This document shows positions 34,293 through 43,091 of a stretch of 64,000 nucleotides of DNA, piece by piece. Position 1 is the first letter of the stretch. Every line of letters begins with the position of its first letter. Location: positions 14,658 to 78,657 of the forward strand of contig CAKXXW010000004.1 of assembly GCA_934378145.1 (NCBI GenBank), read 5' to 3'. Made by a program: the position numbers and the translations under genes. The notes beneath the pieces were generated by a model. That model saw only the letters and a program-made list of their open reading frames with translations, was not told the origin of the DNA and did no database searches. The DNA is from an uncultured Eubacteriales bacterium. Lineage in GTDB: Bacteria > Bacillota > Clostridia > Oscillospirales > CAG-272.

Positions 34293-36140
34293 TCACGATC
34301 TTTTTTCGGTTATTGAGCTTTTGCCCGCCTCGTAGGGAAGGGCGACTGTAACGCTGTCACCCTCCGCTCCGGCGACATAGCACTTTCTGAAGTTCTTCGT
34401 CACGAAGAGCGGGCTGTTGTAGCTTTTTATCTTCCATGTATCAAAAACCGACAGTCCCATGGGCCAAAGCACTATCGAGGCGTTGGCTGTGCGGTATGCC
34501 TTCGCGGTCTCGGTCTCCTGCCCGTAGGTCGTGTAGCCGTGGTGAGCTACCTGAATGATGTCCGACCTTATGTAGTCGCCGTACATGGCGTTCAGTATGC
34601 CGAAAGCCTTGCCCGTCGCGTCGCCCGTGCAGAGAAATGAGGTCTTGCCGCCGAAGGTCATTTTTATGATCGGCGAGGTACCGTTAAGTGCATTGCAGGT
34701 GTCGGGAGCGCTGCTTTCGAGCGTATAGAGTATCTCGGCACGGCAGTCGGCGAAGAAGAAGACCTGCCCCGGGTGGACCTTATAAAGGGTCGCACCGAAG
34801 GCTTTTGCCGCTTCGATTATCTTCACATATTCGGCGCCCTCGGTCTTTCGCCAATTCTTGCCGTATTCCGAAGACAGGATCGATTTGTTTCTCTCGCTGT
34901 CCGAGATGAAGTTCGTCAGAAAGCGCTCGACCCTGATCCCCTCAGAGACAAAAGCAGGATAATTATAACCTATCATCGCAAAATGGTCAATATGTATGTG
35001 TGAAATTATCCACGCGGCGATGATCGGTTTGTCGGTATATTCCGCGGATTGTGCCTTTATCGCGTCGATAAGGAGCTTTGCCTCGGTACTGCGGTTATAT
35101 CCTCCGTCGATGACTATGAAGCGCCCGTCGGTGAGCCTTATCAGCATCGAAAGACCGTTCGTTATCTGCTTGCCCTCGCTGTCCTTGTGTTCAAGTCCGA
35201 GCATCGTGATCTGTGAGGTCGTCACAGCCGCGTATTTGTTGTCGCCTTCAACTCCCGTTCGCGGTGCGAGAGGCTCGATGAGTATCCTCACACTGCCGTC
35301 GTGCTTATAATATCCCGCATTGACGGTGAAGATGTCGCTCTCGAAGGTAGAAAAGAGGTTTCCCGCCATCTCGTTTTCGGTGTAGAGGGTATAGCCGTTC
35401 GCCGCGAGTTTTTCTTTATACTGCCTGTATTCGTCGGGGGTCGTGCCGCGGACGATCACTTCGTCGCAGCTCATACCCGTCGTGCGCAGTCCAGCGTCGT
35501 ATATAACGGCGCTGCTGCCGCCTTCAAATACCGGAAGCCCGCCGAGCCTTGTGTCGACGGTTATACGGGTGTCAAGGCTGTCGGAGTGCAGGGCGATGAC
35601 CTCGTTTTCTCCGTCATATCCCGCAGTCATGAGCTTTATGAGGTGATCCGCGGCATCGTCAAGAAGGTCGTAATCGAATGCCGCCACGACTATCTTTTTG
35701 CCGACGAGCCTTACCGTCCAATCGCCGTAGGTGCAGTCGGCGAGAGCTTCTGCCGTTTCCTTCCTCGAGGTGACACCGACAAGGATCTCGGGGTCGTCGT
35801 TGTCGGCTCCGACGGGAAGGCTGTCGCTGCTGAGCCGGCAGGGGCTTCCGGTGAGGTTTCCGAAAGCCGTGCATATCTTCTGCGCCGCCTTTACGCTCTT
35901 TGAGGATATATCGTCGGCATCGGGGCGCACGACGGTGACGCCGAATTCGCCGCCCGTCTTTTTTATTTCAAGGGATCTGTCGGTCCTGTTTTCGCCGGTA
36001 TCCGAAGGAACCGCTACGGAGTCAGACCCCGTAACGGTTCCGTTTCCCCCGTTCCGCTCGGTGCAGGAAACGGCAAGGAGCAGGATGAGGATGATGATTA
36101 TTGCGGATACTGCGGCTTTTCCTATGCCGCGCCCGGTCAT
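34293..36140 (-). CDS. lipoprotein with a metallo-beta-lactamase fold domain
   Basis: I chose the start at 36140 (MTGRGIGKAAV...LLLAVSC lipobox), which forms an ATGA overlap with the upstream stop. The HxHxDH motif is ISHIHIDHF, and VAHHG occurs later. Confidence 0.7.
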   Translation of the reverse strand: MTGRGIGKAAVSAIIIILILLLAVSCTERNGGNGTVTGSDSVAVPSDTGENRTDRSLEIKKTGGEFGVTVVRPDADDISSKSVKAAQKICTAFGNLTGSPCRLSSDSLPVGADNDDPEILVGVTSRKETAEALADCTYGDWTVRLVGKKIVVAAFDYDLLDDAADHLIKLMTAGYDGENEVIALHSDSLDTRITVDTRLGGLPVFEGGSSAVIYDAGLRTTGMSCDEVIVRGTTPDEYRQYKEKLAANGYTLYTENEMAGNLFSTFESDIFTVNAGYYKHDGSVRILIEPLAPRTGVEGDNKYAAVTTSQITMLGLEHKDSEGKQITNGLSMLIRLTDGRFIVIDGGYNRSTEAKLLIDAIKAQSAEYTDKPIIAAWIISHIHIDHFAMIGYNYPAFVSEGIRVERFLTNFISDSERNKSILSSEYGKNWRKTEGAEYVKIIEAAKAFGATLYKVHPGQVFFFADCRAEILYTLESSAPDTCNALNGTSPIIKMTFGGKTSFLCTGDATGKAFGILNAMYGDYIRSDIIQVAHHGYTTYGQETETAKAYRTANASIVLWPMGLSVFDTWKIKSYNSPLFVTKNFRKCYVAGAEGDSVTVALPYEAGKSSITEKRS

Positions 36141-37906
36141 TTCTTTCTGATAATGAGCGCCGTGCCGAGCATTGCCATTGCAGAGAGCGCGAGGATGGGA
36201 AGTGCCGCAAAGCCCGAGCATGAGGCGCAGCTTCCGCCCTCGTTCGGTTTTTCGCCTGTCGTGACGCTGCCGCTCTGCGGTGTATCGGAAGTACCGGAGG
36301 TCTCGCTTCCGGTGTCGCTCGGCTTAGAGATCGCGGTATATTTGACCGTTATCGTTCTCGTTGTCTCGAATTTGCCCTTGACCTCGGCGAAGTTCGGGGT
36401 GAAGCCCTCGATCCCGGGCGAGACTATCAGAAATTCGTCGCCGTAGCTTCCGGTCTCGGTCTTGTCGGGAGCTGCTTCTTTTCCGTCCTCGTAGACATAT
36501 TTGACCGTGACCGTGCAGACCTTCTTTTTGTATGTAACGGTCAGCTCGGTGTCGCCCTCGACTATTCCTTCGACGACATCTTTGTCAAATTCGTAGCCTT
36601 CGATGACCGGAGATACGATCCTGTAAGCTCCGCCCTTGTAGACCTCCTGTACGACATCCTCGGCGAGCTTGTTGCCGGCTTCGTCGACATAGTGGACGGT
36701 GAGCTTTACCGGAATGGTGTTCAGAGTATTGATTATTTCGTCGGCTTTCGCTCTGACAGACTTTTCGTCCTCGGAGTTCTTTTCGGCTTTTACGAGGTTC
36801 TCGGCAGTCGCGGAGCCTGCCGCCTCCGTACCGATAAGGTCAAGATTTCCGCAGGCGACCGAGCCACAGTTTTTGACGCTGCCCTTAGCTTTTGCGTGAC
36901 CGACTATGAGAGCCGTGCGGGTGGTGTCGTCGGAGGCGCCCTTAACGCTTCCGAAGTTGTAGCAGTTCTCGACGACCGAGCCGGCGCCCGAGTGGAATTT
37001 GCCGACGATACCGGCGGTACCGGTGCCTGCCGCGGTGTGGGTAAGGGAGACATCGCCCTCATTGACGCAGTTCATCACCGCGCCGGTATTGGCAAAACCG
37101 GCGATGCCGCCGACGCCCTGCTGACTGCCCTCTCCCACCTTCGTGGCGTCGGCTGTGATCTTGCCGTAGTTTATGCAGTAGGACACGGTACTCTTGCCGA
37201 CAAGACCCGCGATGCCGCCGACGATGACATGCTTTGCGCTGCCTTCAAGGGCTGTGCAGGTGATCGGCGCCTCGTTGATGCAGGAATCTATGATCCCGCC
37301 GTTTTCGACTCTTCCGGCGAAGGCGCCGTTCGAGCTTGAAACGCATGTGAGCTTTGAATAGGTATCGACCGTGCAGAAGGTTATCTTTCCGCCGTTTGCG
37401 TGTCCGGCGATGAATGCCGAGTAGCAGTCATACGGCGTGTTGATCTCTGCCGATTTTATCTTAAGGTTCGTGCAGCTTCCGGTAAGCGTGCCGAAAAGTC
37501 CGAAGCGGTTGCCCGAATCCTCTACCGATACCATCGTGACATTGAGATTGAATATCGAGTGATTCTGCCCGTTGAAGGTGCCGGAAAACTTCTTCGCGCC
37601 CGAGAGACTGTGACCTATCGGTGTGAAGGGCTTTCCGCCGAGATATATGTCGGCGTCGAGAAGCACGGTCTTGTCCTTGAAGTCCACGCCGTCGGGGTAG
37701 GTCGTGTCTTTTCCGTTGACAAGGGCAGAAAGACCGGCGAGCTGTTCGGGAGTTGTGAGCCGGAATTCATCCTTGTCGGGCTGATACCAAGATGTGTCGA
37801 CCGTACTTCCGTCCCATGTTGCCGCAGAAGTACCGAAGACCGAAAATACCGCTGTAAGAGAGATAGCAAGTGCCAGAACGATTGTCAGGGATACTGCTTT
37901 TTTCAT
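36137..37906 (-). CDS. cell-surface protein: signal peptide, GLUG-type repeats, two MucBP-like repeats, and a Cys-containing C-terminal membrane anchor
   Basis: The GLUG region includes FGLFGTL.., GGIAGLVG.. and GGIAGFAN. The MucBP-like region reads LTVHYVDEAGNKL...YEFD / VTVKYVYEDGKE. The C-terminus is GGSCASCSGFAALPILALSAMAMLGTALIIRKK. Confidence 0.7.
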   Translation of the reverse strand: MKKAVSLTIVLALAISLTAVFSVFGTSAATWDGSTVDTSWYQPDKDEFRLTTPEQLAGLSALVNGKDTTYPDGVDFKDKTVLLDADIYLGGKPFTPIGHSLSGAKKFSGTFNGQNHSIFNLNVTMVSVEDSGNRFGLFGTLTGSCTNLKIKSAEINTPYDCYSAFIAGHANGGKITFCTVDTYSKLTCVSSSNGAFAGRVENGGIIDSCINEAPITCTALEGSAKHVIVGGIAGLVGKSTVSYCINYGKITADATKVGEGSQQGVGGIAGFANTGAVMNCVNEGDVSLTHTAAGTGTAGIVGKFHSGAGSVVENCYNFGSVKGASDDTTRTALIVGHAKAKGSVKNCGSVACGNLDLIGTEAAGSATAENLVKAEKNSEDEKSVRAKADEIINTLNTIPVKLTVHYVDEAGNKLAEDVVQEVYKGGAYRIVSPVIEGYEFDKDVVEGIVEGDTELTVTYKKKVCTVTVKYVYEDGKEAAPDKTETGSYGDEFLIVSPGIEGFTPNFAEVKGKFETTRTITVKYTAISKPSDTGSETSGTSDTPQSGSVTTGEKPNEGGSCASCSGFAALPILALSAMAMLGTALIIRKK

Positions 37907-37927
37907 TTTTCTGTCCTCCGGATTGTT

Positions 37928-39415
37928 TTATGAGAATTTCTCGCGCAGGTCGGCGAGCCTTCTGTCGATGATGTTCTCAGCCGATCTTTTATATGCGGCG
38001 GAGAAGTTCGAGTCGGCGTTCTTTATGCAGTCGCGCCAGACAGTGAGGGTGAGGTTATCGAAGGCGTAGGAATATATCCTTCCGACATCGAAGACTATCG
38101 AGCCTCTTATTATGTCGAGCATATGGCTCGATTCCTGATCGGTCGAGTAGGTCGACTTGAGGGTCTTCGTGAATACTATGGGGGTCACTGTGCGGTAGCT
38201 CTCGGATGCCATACATTCGAGCCAATACGCGCCGTGTTCCTTCTTCTGCGAATAATCGGTCATCGAATAGAGGGTGTGAGGCGTCGATACCGCGGTTATG
38301 TAGCCCTCCTCCTGATATTCGTCGAAGAGCGGCGCCGGAACGATACCGTAGAAGTCTATATCCGAGAAGGTAAGGAAGGTGAGATTCAGCGATGCCATCT
38401 CAAAGAGCGCGCGTCCCTGCTTGAATATCTTGTTTGTCGGGGTCTTGTAGGCGCTGTTCGTGGTGAAGAGGCGGTTGATCTTCTGAAGCAGGTTTCCGGT
38501 CTTCTCGCTGTTCCATTTGGGGGAGACTACCGGAAGGTCGCTGTCGTCCTTCTCCATCGTACGAAGTCCGCAGGAATAGAAGAGGGTATCGAAGGCGTTC
38601 GTGTCGGACGAAACGGTGAAGCCGAAGGTGTCGTCGGCATCCTTGCCCGGAGCGCCGCCGTCCTCGTAGATCTTTTCCGCCATTTCGATCATCGTGCCGA
38701 CGGTCCAGCGGTTATTTATGACAAGGGTGTAGGGCGAGCTGAGTTCGTCGTGTTCCTCGATCATCGTCTTGTTGAAGTAGACGCACTGCATCATCATAAG
38801 AAGGTTTGTCGAGATGTCGCCGGTGACGAAGAAGAGCCTGCCGTTCAGCGTTGACTCATCGACCATTTTCTGCGGCCACCACGGCATATCGAATTCAAGG
38901 ATGGAATCGTATGCCATAAGGTCGGCGCAGATGCCCCTTGACGCGAGCGACGCGTTCGCGATGCTGTATCCCGCTATGATATCGTAGGACTTCCCGGTCT
39001 CGCGGTCGGTCTCGATATGCTGTACGAAGCTCGTGTAATTTGTGCCGTCGCCCTTCATTCCGGTATAGTTCACATCATTATTCAGGCGTGCTTCGACCCG
39101 ACTGTTGCGCCAGAAGATGGCATCGTTCACATCGTCGCCCGTCTGACCTTCGGCATCAAATTCCTGATATTGGCGGTCAGACCAATAGAGGACGCTCAGC
39201 TCTTCGTCCTTTTGGTCGATCGTTTCGGGAAGGCGGTCGAGGATGTAGCCGTTCTTGTCGTAGCCCTCTTTGATATTGTCGGGCTTTGCCGTGGTCGTGC
39301 CGCTGCCTTTGCCGCTGTCATCGGTGTCCGGCGGGTCATCCGTCACCGTGCAGGCGGCAAAAAGAGACATGACCGTCAGAATGAGCAGAAGTGCCGCTGT
39401 GATGCGTTTTTTCAT
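37928..39415 (-). CDS. ABC-type extracellular solute-binding lipoprotein (large family-1 SBP)
   Basis: Lipobox LFAAC, plus YDIIAGYS, PWWP and GDISTNLLMMM shared with the paralogue at 43092-44585. Its ATG forms an ATGA overlap with the upstream gene. Confidence 0.75.
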   Translation of the reverse strand: MKKRITAALLLILTVMSLFAACTVTDDPPDTDDSGKGSGTTTAKPDNIKEGYDKNGYILDRLPETIDQKDEELSVLYWSDRQYQEFDAEGQTGDDVNDAIFWRNSRVEARLNNDVNYTGMKGDGTNYTSFVQHIETDRETGKSYDIIAGYSIANASLASRGICADLMAYDSILEFDMPWWPQKMVDESTLNGRLFFVTGDISTNLLMMMQCVYFNKTMIEEHDELSSPYTLVINNRWTVGTMIEMAEKIYEDGGAPGKDADDTFGFTVSSDTNAFDTLFYSCGLRTMEKDDSDLPVVSPKWNSEKTGNLLQKINRLFTTNSAYKTPTNKIFKQGRALFEMASLNLTFLTFSDIDFYGIVPAPLFDEYQEEGYITAVSTPHTLYSMTDYSQKKEHGAYWLECMASESYRTVTPIVFTKTLKSTYSTDQESSHMLDIIRGSIVFDVGRIYSYAFDNLTLTVWRDCIKNADSNFSAAYKRSAENIIDRRLADLREKFS

Positions 39416-40299
39416 ACGCTTTCCTCCTTTTTGCTGTTGCGGTTTTCAAAAATTTCCGTGAGGCGTTTTCCTCCGCGGAAAATAAAGTCAAGGTAGTCTT
39501 CTCTCAGCTCGGGCGGGAGCTTTGCGATCTTTATCTCAAGGTCAAGCTCACCGGAATAGCCGATGTCGGCGAGCGTCTGCATCTGTCTGTCCCAATCTAT
39601 CTCGCCGAGGTAGGGCGGGAGGTGGAGGTCTTTTGTCTGGCTGTTGTCGTGAACATGCGTGCATATCACGCGCGAGCCGAGCTGCCGGAGCTTCTCCGAA
39701 TCCCCGTCCCCGTACATCACATGGGCGTGGCCGAAATCCCAGCAGGCACCGACCGTGTCGCCGCCTCCGAGCGCGTCGATGAATTCTATCTGCTCCTCGA
39801 CCGTCGCGCCGTAGTTCCAGCGTCGCTTGAAATCGAAGAGATTCTCGACCGCGAGCTTTACCCCGAGCCTTGAGGCAAGGTCGGCGAAGGGAAGGTAAAA
39901 CTCTTTAGCCCTTGAAAACGCCGCATCATGGTCGTATTCCTGCGACCTGACATCGCGAAGCTCGGGGTGAATGACGATGCAGGGGGCGCCGAGGATCGCA
40001 GCTACCTCTATCGACCGTCTCGTCATCTCGCGGTAGTATTCGCGGCTTTCGTAGAGATAATAGGCGTAGGGAGCGTGGGATTGGCAGAAGACGAAGCCGA
40101 GACGCGCCGTGTTTTCGGCGAGCCTTTTCGCCTGTTCTTTCCAATCGTCGGCGTATGTAAAGCAGGTGCCGGGGCGCGATCTTATACCGAAGTCGAAGGC
40201 TGTTACCCCGCGTCCGGCGCAGAAGGTCATTAACTCTTCTGTCCCCCCGTTTCTGCCGATCAGTCCCCCGAGGGTCTGCGGGCATATTGCAAGTTTCAT
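39412..40299 (-). CDS. sugar phosphate isomerase/epimerase (xylose isomerase-like TIM barrel)
   Basis: The start at 40299 gives MKLAICPQTL.... The motifs IVIHPE, LAVENL, WDFGHA and HVHDN are typical of the AP-endonuclease-2/TIM family. Confidence 0.75.
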   Translation of the reverse strand: MKLAICPQTLGGLIGRNGGTEELMTFCAGRGVTAFDFGIRSRPGTCFTYADDWKEQAKRLAENTARLGFVFCQSHAPYAYYLYESREYYREMTRRSIEVAAILGAPCIVIHPELRDVRSQEYDHDAAFSRAKEFYLPFADLASRLGVKLAVENLFDFKRRWNYGATVEEQIEFIDALGGGDTVGACWDFGHAHVMYGDGDSEKLRQLGSRVICTHVHDNSQTKDLHLPPYLGEIDWDRQMQTLADIGYSGELDLEIKIAKLPPELREDYLDFIFRGGKRLTEIFENRNSKKEESV

Positions 40300-40448
40300 G
40301 GGTCTGTCCTTTGATTTATATATTTTTTTTACGATAAGCAAGCCGGATCGCGGAAGGGATGTTTGTTGTTTAAGCCTTCCTGCTTTGTGCAATATGTACA
40401 ACAAAACCCGATGCACCTGCTCTTCATCTATTATTATATAAAACCGCC

Positions 40449-40477
40449 TTGACAAAGTAAATGCGGAGAGTTATAAT
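40449..40477 (+). promoter_or_regulatory. sigma-A-type promoter of the AraC-family gene
   Basis: TTGACA (40449-40454), 17 nt, TATAAT (40472-40477). Confidence 0.55.
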
Positions 40478-40510
40478 AAATATATAAAAAATCAAACTGC
40501 GGAGGGTAAA

Positions 40511-41272
40511 ATGAAGATCGACTTTATCTTTCATAATAATTACGGAAATTACAAGCGTTTCAAATGCACCGACGCAAAGCCCTTCGAACATATAATGCTG
40601 CTCATCTCCTACGGCAGGATCTCGTACAGTTTCGGGGGAGGGGAGACCTTTTTTGCCGGAGAGAAGGAGATAGTTTACTTTCCGCCCGGGTTGCGCTATT
40701 CGCGGCGTATAGAGGAGCCTATCTCATTTCATCAGTTCAAATTCAATGTCAGCGACGGCGGAAACGCGCTGGCGCACCTTAAGCCCGGGAAGCTCATGAT
40801 AAGGCATCACCTTGTCGAGCAGATAGCGCTCGATACCGGTCTGGCGCTCTCGCTTCCCGAGTCGGAGCAGAAGTGCATCTTCGAGAACCTCATCGGAAAT
40901 ATAATATATGACAACTATCTTTTTTCGGTAAACCTTGAGAAGAAGACGATACCCGATCGCGATGTGCTTTTTGCGATCCAGTATTTCAGGGATCATATGG
41001 CGGAAAAGATCATGATCTCGTCGATCGCCGGGAAGCGAAACCTCACGCATACGGGCTTTATCCTCAAATTCAGGAGATGCACGGGCAAGACACCGATAGA
41101 GTACCTCACCGACCTGCGGATCTCGCGGGCGAGGGAGCTGCTTTCCTGCACCGATATGAGCATTGCCGATATTGCGGAGACCTGCGGTTTCTCAAATTCC
41201 TTCTACTTTTCAAATACATTCAAAAAGCGCACCGAATTTTCCCCGACCCAATACAGAAATCTGATAGAATAA
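40511..41272 (+). CDS. AraC-family transcriptional regulator (cupin-like N-domain plus a double HTH)
   Basis: The C-terminus ...FRRCTGKTPIEYLTDLRISRARELL..TDMSIADIAETCGFSNSFYFSNTFKKRTEFSPTQYR. The gene is divergent from the 40299->32466 operon. Confidence 0.88.
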   Translation: MKIDFIFHNNYGNYKRFKCTDAKPFEHIMLLISYGRISYSFGGGETFFAGEKEIVYFPPGLRYSRRIEEPISFHQFKFNVSDGGNALAHLKPGKLMIRHHLVEQIALDTGLALSLPESEQKCIFENLIGNIIYDNYLFSVNLEKKTIPDRDVLFAIQYFRDHMAEKIMISSIAGKRNLTHTGFILKFRRCTGKTPIEYLTDLRISRARELLSCTDMSIADIAETCGFSNSFYFSNTFKKRTEFSPTQYRNLIE

Positions 41273-41315
41273 AAAAACAGCCCCTTCGGGTAAAACCGAA
41301 GGGGCTGTTTTTTTT
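41271..41315. terminator. bidirectional rho-independent terminator
   Basis: AAAAAAACAGCCCCTTCGG-gtaaaa-CCGAAGGGGCTGTTTTTTT. Confidence 0.8.
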
Positions 41316-41325
41316 ATTATGAGAT

Positions 41326-43089
41326 TCAGAATTTCTTCTTTACCACGACGAATGCGGCGCTTCCGACAAGGAGAGCTGCAAGCGAGGCAACAGCGGTGAA
41401 TCCGCCGCAACCCGCGCAACCCGACTCAGCCGTGCCTGCGGTCGTCGAAGGAGTGGTGGTCGTGTTCGAGGAGGGGATTTCGGAAGTGGTGTTGCCCGAA
41501 TCCTCGGGAATATTCGAGTTACTGCCCGAATCGGGAGTTTCTACGGGCGGCTCTTCCGTGGTGGTGGCGTCAGCCTTTACCTTGGCGTAGAGAGCCTCCA
41601 GCTCGGCTTCGACCTTTGCTGTGACATCCGCGTAGATGTGATCGAGCTGGTATGCGACATCGATGTTACCGATCGAGGGAAGCTCGCCGGGAAGTACCGT
41701 CCAGACCTCGCCGTCGGCGGGAAGGGTGTAGTTCGCGGCGACGAATGCGGTCATATATTCGGCAAGGGTCTTGCCGTCGGTGTAGTTGAGCATAGCCTCA
41801 AGCTCTTCGGGGAAGTAGTTGGGATTCGTGAGCGCTGCGGTTATCGCATCGGCGCAAAGCTGCGTCGCGCTCAGCTTGAGCTTCATGTTATTGAAAGCCT
41901 CATTGCCCTTCATCTGGGTCTCGGTAAGAGCCTTGACGGCAGTCAGATCGGTGCTTGTGGCATCGGTGCCTACAAAGTGATCCGAAAGTGTGTAGCAGTC
42001 CTTGAAGGTCGTGGCTTTGCTGACCTGACCGGCGATCGAGCCGAAGTGAGCCTGATCATCCGCGGTGGTATCAGTCGCGTCCTTGGTAGCTGTCCATTTG
42101 ATGGTTACGGTAGTGAAGGAGTTTTCGAGCTTGCCGCCTTCGACATGGCTGGCTCTGCCGATGAGACCGCCGGCAAATCCTGCCGTGGGCTTTGCTCCCG
42201 AGGTGTAACCCGTAATGGTTCCGGTCGAGTAGCAGAATCTGACGGTCACGGGAGTGCTTGCGGCACCCTGGCATCCGATAATGCCGCCGAGAAGGGTCGC
42301 TCTGGCGTAACCCTCTGTTGCGTCACCGTAGTCGAGCGTGATATCGGTATTGCTTGTGCAGTAGGATATTGTGCATCCGCCCGCGACACCGACGATACCG
42401 CCGACGAAGTTGTCTTTACTGCTGACGAAGGTCTTGCGGATAATGGTAGAATCGGATACGCAACCGAAGATCTCGCCGTTTTCAGCCTTCGCTTCGCTTC
42501 TGCCGACAACGCCGCCGACTGCGAAGCCGTCAACATAGTCGATCTTTGTGTAGCAGTTGATGACCTTGCATCCGTTTACGCCGTATCCGAGGATACCGCC
42601 GCAGTATGCACCGACGCACTTTGTTCCGATGACTCTGACATTCTTTATTACAGCGCCTTCGCCGCGACCGAAGAGTCCGGCTTGCGAGTTGGTTCCGTCA
42701 AGTGCAAATTCAACATTTAAGCCCGAGACGGTGTGGTTATCGCCGTCGAAAACACCGGTGAAGGGCTTCTGCTCTGTTTTGCTCGTATAAGATCCGATAG
42801 GGGTCCATGCGTTGTTCTGAAGGTTGATGTCGCTTGTGAGCTTGTAATAAACGGGGGTGGATTTGTCCTCTGCTTCTATCGTGTCGTGAGATGCCGAGAG
42901 ATATGCAAGCTCGGCGGCGCTGCCTATGAGGTAAGGCTCGGCTTCGGTGCCTTTACCGCCCGAGAAGCCGGTGGCGACAGAGGTACCGTCCCACGAATCC
43001 GCGGAGGCGGGGAGAACGATGAGGGTCGCGGCAGAGAGTGCCACGAGCATTATTGCGAGGATAAGCGAAGTGATTTTCGTTGCTTTCAT
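41326..43089 (-). CDS. cell-surface GLUG-repeat protein with a Cys-containing C-terminal membrane anchor (paralogue of 36137-37906)
   Basis: A signal peptide, then AGLFGRGEG, GGILGYG, GGVVGRSE, GGIVGVAGG and GGIIGCQG. The C-terminus is SGCAGCGGFTAVASLAALLVGSAAFVVVKKKF. Confidence 0.7.
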   Translation of the reverse strand: MKATKITSLILAIMLVALSAATLIVLPASADSWDGTSVATGFSGGKGTEAEPYLIGSAAELAYLSASHDTIEAEDKSTPVYYKLTSDINLQNNAWTPIGSYTSKTEQKPFTGVFDGDNHTVSGLNVEFALDGTNSQAGLFGRGEGAVIKNVRVIGTKCVGAYCGGILGYGVNGCKVINCYTKIDYVDGFAVGGVVGRSEAKAENGEIFGCVSDSTIIRKTFVSSKDNFVGGIVGVAGGCTISYCTSNTDITLDYGDATEGYARATLLGGIIGCQGAASTPVTVRFCYSTGTITGYTSGAKPTAGFAGGLIGRASHVEGGKLENSFTTVTIKWTATKDATDTTADDQAHFGSIAGQVSKATTFKDCYTLSDHFVGTDATSTDLTAVKALTETQMKGNEAFNNMKLKLSATQLCADAITAALTNPNYFPEELEAMLNYTDGKTLAEYMTAFVAANYTLPADGEVWTVLPGELPSIGNIDVAYQLDHIYADVTAKVEAELEALYAKVKADATTTEEPPVETPDSGSNSNIPEDSGNTTSEIPSSNTTTTPSTTAGTAESGCAGCGGFTAVASLAALLVGSAAFVVVKKKF

Positions 43090-43091
43090 TA

